A DNA stretch of 64,000 nt from Chthonomonadaceae bacterium (GTDB lineage: Bacteria; Armatimonadota; Chthonomonadetes; Chthonomonadales; Chthonomonadaceae): contig JAYUMV010000239.1 in NCBI GenBank assembly GCA_043762265.1, positions 2,142-66,141 on the forward strand. Reading direction: 5' to 3'. The translations under genes were made by a program, and so were the position numbers. Below, piece after piece: positions 55,628-64,000 of this stretch. A model generated the notes under the pieces. The model had not been told where the DNA came from. It saw only the letters and a list, made by a program, of their open reading frames with translations, and ran no database searches. How positions within the stretch are numbered: the stretch's first letter is position 1; each line of letters starts with the position of its first letter.

Positions 55628-57382
55628 CTACGGCAGTATCCCCTGTCCCTCACGGATGGTGAGGCAACGGTCCATCGGAATCGAACTTAGACGATCCGTC
55701 CGCCCGCTCGGCCACTGGATCGTCAGCGCCTCCAGTCTCGCCGCCGCTCCCAGACCGAAGTGCACGCGCGGATCGCTGCTGGACATATAGGATCCGTCCG
55801 CATGACAGAGGCGGGTCAGACGACGTCCGTCGACCTGCGCCGTCACGACCGCGCCGTATCCGTCCCGGTTGCTTTTGACCCCGATCAGCCGGACCTCCAG
55901 CCAGTGCGAAGCCGTTTTCACCTCGTTGTGCAGCAGCAACGGACGGCCTTCGCTGTCCACGACCAGAAGATCGACCCGGCCATCGTTATCATAGTCGCCG
56001 ATGGCAAGTCCGCGGCCGACGATCTTACGCGCGAAGTCCGGCCCTGCCTGTCGGCTCATCTCTTCGAACGTGATGCGTCCGTCCTGACCGGTTCCCCGGT
56101 TCCGCAAGAGTTGCATTGTCTGACGATAGGCCGTGCCCGCATCGAACTCGGCGATATTGTCCTGTACATGCCCGTTCGCGGTGGCGATGTCCAGCCAGCC
56201 ATCGTTGTCGTAGTCGAAGAACTTGCACCCAAAGGCCACGTTGGGGACGGTGGCGGCGCCTAGGCCGGTCGGGTAGGAGACGTCGGTAAACAGGCCGCCG
56301 CCTTCATTGTGATAGAGACACTTCGGCTCATTCTGAAAGGTGGCTACGAACAGATCAAACCGACCGTCGTTGTCGTAGTCGCCCCAATCCACTCCCATGC
56401 CGCCATGGACATTGCCTTCCCGATCATAGGCGGTACCGGACAACGTGCCCACATTGACAAAATTTCCCGCCACTTGATTTTGCAGCAGGTCGCCCTGGGC
56501 CTCGTCGTTGGCGAAGGCGATCCCCTGCCGCCCCGAACTCTCATAGTCACATGCCGCTACGCCCAACCCTCTTCCGGTCACCATGGTGAGCGGGACAGGA
56601 GGATCGAAGCGGCCCTCACCGCGATTGCGGAACATCACCGCCTTGATTGGCGTGTACTGGCGCGGGGCGCAGGAGGTCAGGAGAGAGGCGCCTTGCAGAC
56701 TTTTCTGTTCGCACAGTTGGGGAATGCCCGCCCCTTGGGCAAAGCGGGCATAGTTGGCGACGATCAGGTCGAGCCTGCCGGAGCCGGGGGCCGTCTCGAC
56801 GAACGTTGCAGACGTACCCCACGGCTGCGCCTGGAGAGGTATGGGCCGAAAACCGCGTCCCGCCTCGTTATGCAACAGAACTCCGCCCTGGTACGCGGTG
56901 AGATAGATGTCGTCGTAACCGTCGTTGTCGTAATCGCCGATGGCACAGCCCAGGAAGTGGCCCTTAAGCTTGTCCAAGCCGGTTTCGTGTGTCACCTCCG
57001 TGAAATGCCCCTTGCCGTCGCCGTGATAGAGCGCCGGATGGGGACCGACCAGCAGGATATCCAGGTTACCGTCGTGGTCGTAGTCCAGGAAGGCGCAGCC
57101 GTTGCCGATGGTCTGCAGGATGTTCAGAGGCCGTGCGCCGGGGATAGCCCAGACGTAGCGCAGCCCGGCGGTCTCGGCGACATCGCGGAACAGAGGCGCC
57201 GCCTGCCCGGTGTTTGCCGACCCGGTGTTTTTCGGTGTGATGTTTGCCGGCTTGGCGCTTGTTGGGGGGCTTGTCCTGCTGTTGTGACACCCCGCCGCGA
57301 CGAGGGCGACGCCTATCGCCAGCACACCGGCGCAAAGACGCATGCGAGAGGCTGCCCGCGATATGTGCCCGGTGGTCCTCAT
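55628..57382 (-). CDS. CRTAC1-family lipoprotein (FG-GAP/VCBS repeats + ASPIC/UnbV domain)
   Basis: Lipobox VALVAAGC. FLDYDHDGNLDILLVG, GDYDNDGYDDIYLT, GDYDNDGRVDLLV. C-terminal VKSNRDGYGAVVTAQV...DPRVHFGLG. The ORF-track N-terminal extension to 57724 is rejected. Confidence 0.88.
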   Translation of the reverse strand: MRTTGHISRAASRMRLCAGVLAIGVALVAAGCHNSRTSPPTSAKPANITPKNTGSANTGQAAPLFRDVAETAGLRYVWAIPGARPLNILQTIGNGCAFLDYDHDGNLDILLVGPHPALYHGDGKGHFTEVTHETGLDKLKGHFLGCAIGDYDNDGYDDIYLTAYQGGVLLHNEAGRGFRPIPLQAQPWGTSATFVETAPGSGRLDLIVANYARFAQGAGIPQLCEQKSLQGASLLTSCAPRQYTPIKAVMFRNRGEGRFDPPVPLTMVTGRGLGVAACDYESSGRQGIAFANDEAQGDLLQNQVAGNFVNVGTLSGTAYDREGNVHGGMGVDWGDYDNDGRFDLFVATFQNEPKCLYHNEGGGLFTDVSYPTGLGAATVPNVAFGCKFFDYDNDGWLDIATANGHVQDNIAEFDAGTAYRQTMQLLRNRGTGQDGRITFEEMSRQAGPDFARKIVGRGLAIGDYDNDGRVDLLVVDSEGRPLLLHNEVKTASHWLEVRLIGVKSNRDGYGAVVTAQVDGRRLTRLCHADGSYMSSSDPRVHFGLGAAARLEALTIQWPSGRTDRLSSIPMDRCLTIREGQGILP

Positions 57383-57681
57383 ATCGGCGCTCCCCAGCGC
57401 TGCGCCCACCGCCGAAGGAGTTCGCGCCGACAGCCTCGCGTTTGTAGAAGAGCAATTTGTAGAAGAACCGTGTGTACCATAGCAGCCTCCTGCATCGGCG
57501 ACCCGCTTTCGTTCGTTCAAGAGAGTGAAGGGTGACATGAGCCGCGCCTGGGACCAACCACGATACGCGTCGTTGCGGCTATCATGCAAAGTGTACCTCA
57601 CATTCCCGCACATTCCTGCCTCGATCGAAGTCCGCCCGCGCCCGCCGGAAACCGCAATATTAAAAAAAAATCCAAAAAGTA

Positions 57682-57710
57682 TTGACAAACAAAAGGCGTT
57701 GTGATATGCT
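57682..57710 (+). promoter_or_regulatory. Sigma70 promoter of the LacI-family gene
   Basis: TTGACA-N17-TATGCT, preceded by an A-rich tract (UP-like). Confidence 0.6.
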
Positions 57711-57722
57711 TCCCAAAACACC

Positions 57723-57740
57723 ATATGAAACGTTACATAT
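57723..57740. promoter_or_regulatory. LacI/Cra-type operator-like palindrome
   Basis: ATATGAAACGTTACATAT (16/18 symmetric). The core TGAAACGTTACA resembles LacI-family half-sites (TGAAAC|GTTTCA). It sits just downstream of the -10. Confidence 0.45.
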
Positions 57741-57829
57741 AAGGAGAGATCACGGCCCTCGGACGGAGTTCCAGCTGCAGATTGTGCCGCGTCTATCTGG
57801 TTGCACTGTTTCGAGCGATTGAGAGACTC

Positions 57830-58918
57830 ATGGCTATCAGACTGCGTGACATCGCTACCAAACTGAACTTATCGCCAAGCCTCGTGTCCGGCGTACTCAA
57901 CGACCGTGCGGGTGTCTGGGCATCGGCAGAGACACGCGAGCGTATCCATCGAACGGCGCGCGAACTGGGCTACCGTCCCCATGCTGCAGCGCGAGCGCTG
58001 CGCAGCGGCAAGACCGAAAAGGTCGCTCTGGTCTATATCAATCCGGCGGATGCCGCTTCCATCCCTTATGGCCAGGTGACGGAGGTGCTGGCGGTATGTT
58101 TGGGAGCGCACAACTATCAACTTCTGGTCTCCGTAGTGCCCAACCTGGAACGCTCTCTGTCCACGTTGCGGGATATGTTTCATACACGGGTCTGCGATGC
58201 CTTCATTTTATGGGGCGTGGAGCAGGAGGTCGCGATTCAGGGAGAACTGTTGCAGCAGCTTGGAGCTCCCTTTGTGGTCAAAGGCCACCATGAAGGAGAG
58301 CATCCGGACTGGCTTCAAATCGATTATCCCCATGAGGATATGATGGCAGTAGCGGTCGCCTATCTGGTCTGCCTGGGGCATCGCCGTATTGCGTACATAG
58401 GCTATCCCTTCCAGCATATCTTTTGTCAGCGGCTGGTGGGGGGTTACCTCAGCGCGATGCGCGCGAAACTGGAGGCGGAGGTGCCTTCCGACTACGTTTT
58501 CGAGGACTGCGGCTCGGTACAGGCGGCAGAAGAGCAGATGATGCGCTGGCTTGCCATGACGGAAGCGGGCCGCCCGACCGCCCTGGTCTGCGGTGCAAAC
58601 CGGTGGTCCTGGCATGGTGTCGAGAAGGCACTGGCCGAAAGAGAGCGTCGCCTGGGATGGGAGAAAGACGATTTTTGTATGGTCGGCAACATTGAACCCG
58701 GCGATCAACTGCTCTTCGGCGGCGCGATGACATTTCAGGGAGTCGGCCTGCCGCAACTCGCTCAGGAGATGACCACGCGACTGCTGATACCTCTGCTTAC
58801 CGGACAATCACCAGAGACCAGCATCGTCCGTCTGCATCCCGAACTGGCTCCGACGCAGAGCATGCGTTTGCCGCATCCGAATTCGCGTGCCGACGGATCT
58901 CGCCATCGTGGTTTTTGA
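57830..58918 (+). CDS. LacI-family transcriptional regulator
   Basis: HTH IRLRDIATKLNLSPSLVSGVLNDR followed by a periplasmic-binding-fold body. Confidence 0.88.
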   Translation: MAIRLRDIATKLNLSPSLVSGVLNDRAGVWASAETRERIHRTARELGYRPHAAARALRSGKTEKVALVYINPADAASIPYGQVTEVLAVCLGAHNYQLLVSVVPNLERSLSTLRDMFHTRVCDAFILWGVEQEVAIQGELLQQLGAPFVVKGHHEGEHPDWLQIDYPHEDMMAVAVAYLVCLGHRRIAYIGYPFQHIFCQRLVGGYLSAMRAKLEAEVPSDYVFEDCGSVQAAEEQMMRWLAMTEAGRPTALVCGANRWSWHGVEKALAERERRLGWEKDDFCMVGNIEPGDQLLFGGAMTFQGVGLPQLAQEMTTRLLIPLLTGQSPETSIVRLHPELAPTQSMRLPHPNSRADGSRHRGF

Positions 58919-59102
58919 CGGGGCGATGATTGTTACCGGCCGACTTAATCGATCCTGTCGTTTTAGTGTTCTGTGCCATCGATGCAATATACGACAGCAT
59001 GAAGGAGGTGAGACCTAGCAAAAGAAACAACGCACCAGAAATTCCGGTATCTTCAGACTACAACTATTCGATTCTATTCCCTACCAATCAAGGAGCCGAC
59101 TG

Positions 59103-59960
59103 ATGAAACAAAGAGGTTTTACACTCATCGAACTACTGGTTGTCATCGCTATTATCGCCATTCTTGCGGCGATTCTCTTCCCTGTCTTTGCTCAGGCACG
59201 CGGCAAGGCGCGACAGGCGTCCTGTACGTCCAATGTCAAGCAGCTTTCGCTGGGGTACATGATGTACGTGCAGGACTATGATGAGACCTTTCCGTTCTGG
59301 AACTGGGGCGATTCCTCCGGCGCTGGCAGCCGAACCCCCAACCACTTCGAGTCCTACTGGGTCAACGCCATCTATCCCTATGTCAAGAATGGCGCGGTCT
59401 TTGCCTGTCCCAGTGCCAACGACGATAGCACCGTTCGCCAGAACCTGCTATGGGGCTGGCTCAGCAGCGCCCAACTCCCCACCTCCGGTATCGTGCCCGC
59501 GCTGCTGGATGTGCCGATCAGCTACGGCATCAGCGAGCCGTTGGAGTCGGGCAACGTTTGCGGTCAAGACGGCAACCACAAAGGCTGTTCCGTAGCAAGC
59601 CTGCCGACACCCGCCAACACGATGATCGTGGCCGATTGCAACACCGGCCTTACCACCGGATGGAGCCCCAGCAGCTCCGACCCGAACGATCCGCTGCACC
59701 ACTACATCATCTCTCGTGTTGCCTATCCCAACACCCCTCCGGGCTGCTGGGGCACTACCGCCACCTGCGGGGCCGCTCAGGTGGATGTAGGCGACCTTCG
59801 CTCCGACATCAACGCCAATTTCCCCTCCTTTGACAAGCAGACCCGCCACTCAGGCGGTAATACCATCGGGTATGCCGACGGGCATGTCAAGTTTCTCAAG
59901 GATAACCGTACTACCTGGGATCTATACACCGGATATACGGGGCCGGGCAGTTCGCTCTAA
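59103..59960 (+). CDS. Prepilin-type N-terminal methylation domain + DUF1559 protein
   Basis: [33 protein letters not shown]...; C-terminal [15 protein letters not shown]. Confidence 0.9.
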   Translation: MKQRGFTLIELLVVIAIIAILAAILFPVFAQARGKARQASCTSNVKQLSLGYMMYVQDYDETFPFWNWGDSSGAGSRTPNHFESYWVNAIYPYVKNGAVFACPSANDDSTVRQNLLWGWLSSAQLPTSGIVPALLDVPISYGISEPLESGNVCGQDGNHKGCSVASLPTPANTMIVADCNTGLTTGWSPSSSDPNDPLHHYIISRVAYPNTPPGCWGTTATCGAAQVDVGDLRSDINANFPSFDKQTRHSGGNTIGYADGHVKFLKDNRTTWDLYTGYTGPGSSL

Positions 59961-60017
59961 CGAGTTCTGCGCTATCGCAGGGAACTCACTCCGCCGGCGC
60001 TTCACGCCGGCGGGGAT

Positions 60018-60299
60018 ATGTCGATGAGGAGACAGATGATGAAACAGAATGTACCGGCCACCGTGGGTGTGGTGATCGCAGTCATCATGGGGTTGTTGGT
60101 GGTGTTTTTTGGGTGGCGCAAGGTCTCAGGCAGCGATAACGATGTGACCCAGGAGTCGATCAAGCGTTATCAGGATATGTCCAAGCAGAGATTTGGGGAC
60201 GGCTCCAACGGGGGAGGCCCTCAGCAGATGACGCATGGCGCCCCGCCCGCCAACAGCTCCAACAACCCGCCGGCCAACACCGCGGGCAATCCACAATAG
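60018..60299 (+). CDS. Small single-pass membrane protein
   Basis: TM segment ATVGVVIAVIMGLLVVFFGW, then a G/N/P-rich tail. The start is probably the ATG at 60036/60039 after GAGGAGA. Confidence 0.55.
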   Translation: MSMRRQMMKQNVPATVGVVIAVIMGLLVVFFGWRKVSGSDNDVTQESIKRYQDMSKQRFGDGSNGGGPQQMTHGAPPANSSNNPPANTAGNPQ

Positions 60300-60377
60300 C
60301 GCCAGACATCGTGCTCGGATCCGGATAGGGGGTCGTTCTCTCAAATGTGTCGGCGCCCACCAGAAAGCAACGAGGAA

Positions 60378-61649
60378 ATGGTACACGTTTTTTGGCGTCG
60401 AAACGTGCCGACAGGGGGGATTTTCTGCCTCCTGGCGCTTTGCGGCTGCTCGCATCCTGCGGTGGTGCCCACACGCCCAACCTCTCCCCCTCCCACAGCG
60501 GCCGCATCGCCCCGGGTCGAAGCGCCTTCGGTCGCCCGACCGGTTACGCGCCAGGATCTCGATGCGGCGCTGCAGGCCGTGCATGCAGCCCCCCACAGCA
60601 GCGCTGCCTATCTGCGCCTCGCAGATGCCTATCTGGCGCTCGAACAGGGCGCGGACGGTGCGAATGCGCTGCGCCGGGCCGCCGAGCTTGACCCGCAGTC
60701 CCAGATTCCTCTTTTGGACCTGGCGCGCCTGTATAAGGAGGCGGGGAGGTATGAGGACCGCGAATGCAACGTTCTGCGTCGTCTGATCGCGCTTCACACG
60801 CAGAATTCGCTGGTCTACCTGCGCCTCGGCCAGATCTATCTGGGCCTCAACTGGCTGGAACCGGCGCGGCCCCTACTGGACACATCGCTCAAACTGAACC
60901 CAACCTCAACGCCAGGGCAGATAGAGATGGCGCACGCTCTATTTCTGAGAGGCAATGTGAATCAGGCTATCAGCTTACTGCAGGCCCTCCACCACAAGGC
61001 GGTCGGCGACACCGTTATTGCCAATCTCCTGGGCCAGTATCACCTTGCGATGCACGATTTTCCCGCAGCCGAGGCGGTTTTGCGGGAGACCCTGCGCCTT
61101 CAACCCTCCGATAGAGACCTTCAGGTAGAGTTAGCTTTCGTCCTGATGCAGCAGAACCGTCCCGAGGTTCTTCCCGAAGCCATCTCGCTGTTGCAGGGGG
61201 TCATCGCTTCGGGGCAGCGTCAGGTCGAAGGCTATACCTGGCTGGGACGCATCTATGAAAACCAGAACCGGACGGCGGAGGCGATCGTCTCCTACGAGAA
61301 CGCGGTACGGCTGCAGCCTTCCTTCGAGAATGTCTCCATGGCCTTGGGACGGCTCTACCTGAGGCAGGGCAAGAAGCAGGACGGAGAGCGACTGGTACAC
61401 TTCTATCAGGAGATCAAACAAAATTCCGCCGACTACTCCCTCACGCGCGAACTTCTGGCGCAGCACCCTGACGATGCGAAGGCACACGCCAAAGTCGCCG
61501 GGTGGTACATGCGCATGAAAGAGTATCAGAACGCGATTATGGAGTGGAAGAAAGTGCTGGAGTTGCGCCCCGGCGATGCGACCGCGCGCCGACAACTCAT
61601 CACCGCACTTTCAGCTACAGGCAGGGTCACCGAGGCCAGGGCACTCTGA
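60378..61649 (+). CDS. TPR-repeat lipoprotein
   Basis: Lipobox LLALCGC. Multiple TPR units. SD GAGGAA before the ATG at 60378. Confidence 0.85.
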   Translation: MVHVFWRRNVPTGGIFCLLALCGCSHPAVVPTRPTSPPPTAAASPRVEAPSVARPVTRQDLDAALQAVHAAPHSSAAYLRLADAYLALEQGADGANALRRAAELDPQSQIPLLDLARLYKEAGRYEDRECNVLRRLIALHTQNSLVYLRLGQIYLGLNWLEPARPLLDTSLKLNPTSTPGQIEMAHALFLRGNVNQAISLLQALHHKAVGDTVIANLLGQYHLAMHDFPAAEAVLRETLRLQPSDRDLQVELAFVLMQQNRPEVLPEAISLLQGVIASGQRQVEGYTWLGRIYENQNRTAEAIVSYENAVRLQPSFENVSMALGRLYLRQGKKQDGERLVHFYQEIKQNSADYSLTRELLAQHPDDAKAHAKVAGWYMRMKEYQNAIMEWKKVLELRPGDATARRQLITALSATGRVTEARAL

Positions 61650-61654
61650 TCAGG

Positions 61655-63412
61655 ATGGCACGACAGACGTCATCACCCCGTCGCAACTCCGTCCGCCTGC
61701 TGGTTGGTCTATGGATCAGTGGGACGGTTTACGGTTGTGGAACGGCACCCCCTCCCCCCTCCGCATCCGGAGAGCATGCCGCCCAACAGAAGGCGCTGGC
61801 AGCCGACCGATCCGTCCGCTTTGTGGATATTTCCAAATCGGCTGGCATCCACTTCACGCATCAGAGTGCAAAGTCGAAGCACAAATATTTGATCGAGACG
61901 ATGGGATCCGGGTGCGCCTTCCTCGACTACGATAGCGACGGCTGGCAAGATATCTTGTTGCTGAACAACACCCCGATGACAGGAGGAGCCGTAACGGGCA
62001 GCCCCCGGCTCGCACTGTATCACAACAATCACAACGGCACGTTCACCGACGTCACCGCCGGATCGGGGCTGGACAATGGACCGATGTATGCTATGGGCGT
62101 CGCCGTGGGGGACTACGATAACGACGGACGCGACGACATCTACATCAGTTGCGCGCTGGGACCAGGGCATCTGTTTCACAACGAGGGCCACGGCCGCTTT
62201 CGCGATGTCACACAGGAGGCAGGGGTCGCCAACAGCGGAATGTGGGGAACGAGCTGCATGTGGGTCGACTACGACCGCGACGGCCGGCTCGATCTGTTCG
62301 TCTGCAACTATGTTCCCTATCGTTCGTTGGCGGATGACGTACCATGCTATGCTGGCGATCCCCCGAGGAACGTCTATTGCGATCCTACCGCCTACCGTAC
62401 AACGCACTGCACCCTCTACCATAATGAGGGACACGGCCGATTCAAGGATGTGACGCAGGCTTCGGGCCTTGGCGCTCTGGAGGGAAAATCGCTGGGCGTT
62501 GCGATGTGGGATACCACGGGAAGCGGTTGGCCCGACCTCTTCGTCGCGAATGATGGCAGCCCCACTTTTCTGCTCGCCAATGGGCGCAACGGCACCTTTA
62601 AGGAGAGCGGGATCGAGGCGGGAATCGCGATCATGGCGAACGGATCGGCGCCCAGTGGAATGGGGATCGATGCAGAGGACCTCTACAACGACGGAAGCTT
62701 CTGCCTGGTGATGAGCAACTTTCAGGGCAGAGGGTCGCTGCTTTTTCACGCAACTCAGCCCGGCGTGTTCATGGATGAAGGTAGTCTCTCCGGCGTCAGT
62801 CAGGCGACTGCCAGTGTCCTGGGATTCGGGGTGCTCGCCTGTGACTTCGACAACGACGGCTGGAAGGACCTTCTACAGGTCGATGGCCATGTCGACGACG
62901 ATGTTGCCGAGCGCGAGACGGGCATCACCTACGCGCAGCCCACGCTGCTGCTCCGTAATAGGGGTGACCACCGCTTTACCGAAGTCGGGCTCAAGAGCGG
63001 CGCGCCGTTCGATCACAAGATCGTAGGGCGCGGATCCGCTTGGGGCGACATCGACAACGATGGCCGGCCGGACGTGCTGATCCTGCAGAACGATGGCGCA
63101 GCGCTCCTGTGGCATAACGAGACACCCACCAAAAACCACTGGGTCATGTTCAAGCTGATCGGCGTCAAGAGCAACCGCGACGGCATCGGCGCGATGGTGA
63201 CGGTGACTACGCCCGGCATGACCCAGCGCACGATGGTGCGCGGCGGATCGAGCTACTGTTCTCAGAGCGACATGCGCGCCCACTTCGGCCTGGCAGACAG
63301 GACGACAGCCGAGGTCTCTATCCGCTGGCCATCGGGCATCGTGGACCGGATACCGAGGGTCTCTGCAGATCGAATCTGGACGGTGCGCGAAGGCGCAGGG
63401 AGGGTGGAGTGA
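61655..63412 (+). CDS. CRTAC1-family lipoprotein (FG-GAP repeats + ASPIC/UnbV)
   Basis: Lipobox TVYGCG. FLDYDSDGWQDILL, GDYDNDGRDDIYI, CDFDNDGWKDLL, GDIDNDGRPDVLI. VKSNRDGIGAMVTV...DMRAHFGLA. Confidence 0.9.
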   Translation: MARQTSSPRRNSVRLLVGLWISGTVYGCGTAPPPPSASGEHAAQQKALAADRSVRFVDISKSAGIHFTHQSAKSKHKYLIETMGSGCAFLDYDSDGWQDILLLNNTPMTGGAVTGSPRLALYHNNHNGTFTDVTAGSGLDNGPMYAMGVAVGDYDNDGRDDIYISCALGPGHLFHNEGHGRFRDVTQEAGVANSGMWGTSCMWVDYDRDGRLDLFVCNYVPYRSLADDVPCYAGDPPRNVYCDPTAYRTTHCTLYHNEGHGRFKDVTQASGLGALEGKSLGVAMWDTTGSGWPDLFVANDGSPTFLLANGRNGTFKESGIEAGIAIMANGSAPSGMGIDAEDLYNDGSFCLVMSNFQGRGSLLFHATQPGVFMDEGSLSGVSQATASVLGFGVLACDFDNDGWKDLLQVDGHVDDDVAERETGITYAQPTLLLRNRGDHRFTEVGLKSGAPFDHKIVGRGSAWGDIDNDGRPDVLILQNDGAALLWHNETPTKNHWVMFKLIGVKSNRDGIGAMVTVTTPGMTQRTMVRGGSSYCSQSDMRAHFGLADRTTAEVSIRWPSGIVDRIPRVSADRIWTVREGAGRVE

Positions 63413-64000
63413 CGACGGCGCGAAAAGCAAGTCGTAAGGACAAGCGGCCAAACCGCCTCCGTCCGCTGCTGGTTGCACTGGCGGCAATCGCGCTGCTCTA
63501 CCTGGCGCTGCTGCCGAAACTACGACTCATTCAAGCGGAGAACGAGCGCAGAGACCGCGAGATACAACGGCGCGAGACGGCGCTCTCTCAACCTGTGCCC
63601 CCGACCGATGCCCTGGATGCCGCTCGCGCCGCTGTCGCGAAATCGCCAGACGACCTGCACGCGAATATGACACTTGCGGGTGCGCTCGTGGCGGCCGGTA
63701 AACCGAACGAAGCGCTGGGCTATGCCCGGCAATGCGCCTTGCGGGAGCCAGGAAACGTGCCGGTGAACCTGGCGCTTGCCGATATCTACAAGCGTCTCCG
63801 GCGACACTATGAGGCAATGGAGATCTATCGCGCTCTCCTGAGGCTTTCCCCCGAAACGGTGGAGGCGGTCAACAGACTGAGCTGGTTGTACATCTCGTAC
63901 GGTTGGACTACGGACGCGCGCGCGCTGCTCGAACCGACGGTGAAGGCGAATCCCGACGATCCTCACCTTGCGATCGAATTGGCCCTCACCTATCTGCAGA
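63409..64000 (+). CDS. TPR-repeat membrane-anchored protein (3' end outside the window)
   Basis: The GTG start overlaps the upstream stop (GTGA). TM segment LLVALAAIALLYLALL, then TPR units. The frame is open to the window end. Confidence 0.7.
   Translation, partial: MTTARKASRKDKRPNRLRPLLVALAAIALLYLALLPKLRLIQAENERRDREIQRRETALSQPVPPTDALDAARAAVAKSPDDLHANMTLAGALVAAGKPNEALGYARQCALREPGNVPVNLALADIYKRLRRHYEAMEIYRALLRLSPETVEAVNRLSWLYISYGWTTDARALLEPTVKANPDDPHLAIELALTYLQ

Noticed and set aside
57383-57724. The N-terminal extension of the CRTAC1 ORF
   Set aside because: The extension runs through the promoter/A-tract region and precedes a clean lipoprotein signal that starts at 57382 or 57343.

Overview
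GC-rich bacterial chromosomal segment (about 60 % GC by eye), densely coding on both strands. All family names come from motifs I recognised in the translations; no database search was run.

The gene content suggests an Armatimonadota or PVC-type genome, a low-confidence guess:
- three PEP-CTERM proteins
- a DUF1559 pilin-like protein
- two CRTAC1/ASPIC-UnbV FG-GAP lipoproteins with TPR partners
- HEAT, Gfo/Idh/MocA and prenyltransferase-like secreted proteins

Housekeeping genes are sucC, an ECF sigma factor, tatD, the PIG-L–nadD–rsfS operon, tRNA-Ser(GGA) and thrS.

The accessory part (about 0.2–34.6 kb) holds three intact BTAD–NB-ARC–TPR (SARP/AfsR-like STAND) regulators. A fourth copy is N-terminally truncated, carries two nonsense mutations and is cut by an IS66 remnant.

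Main result: each intact regulator is followed by a gene for a secreted protein. Each of those genes has a promoter with the same geometry, namely 8-mer direct repeats, then 9 nt, then a TAnnnT -10 hexamer with no -35. The repeat sequence is different at each locus. This looks like a set of private regulator/operator/secreted-protein modules.

Second result: a tight five-gene operon outside any prophage context. It encodes a PEP-CTERM protein, three tandem phage-tail-collar-domain proteins and a Tat-exported protein. A perfect TGTGA-N6-TCACA site sits at about -41.5 from its putative promoter.

Other observations:
- several consensus sigma70 promoters, two of them followed by long untranslated leaders (thrS and the ECF sigma gene)
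- several frameshifted or decayed genes
- sucC without sucD
- a TGS-less ThrRS
- an RsfS with an acidic N-terminal extension

No CRISPR array, rRNA gene or intact mobile element was seen.
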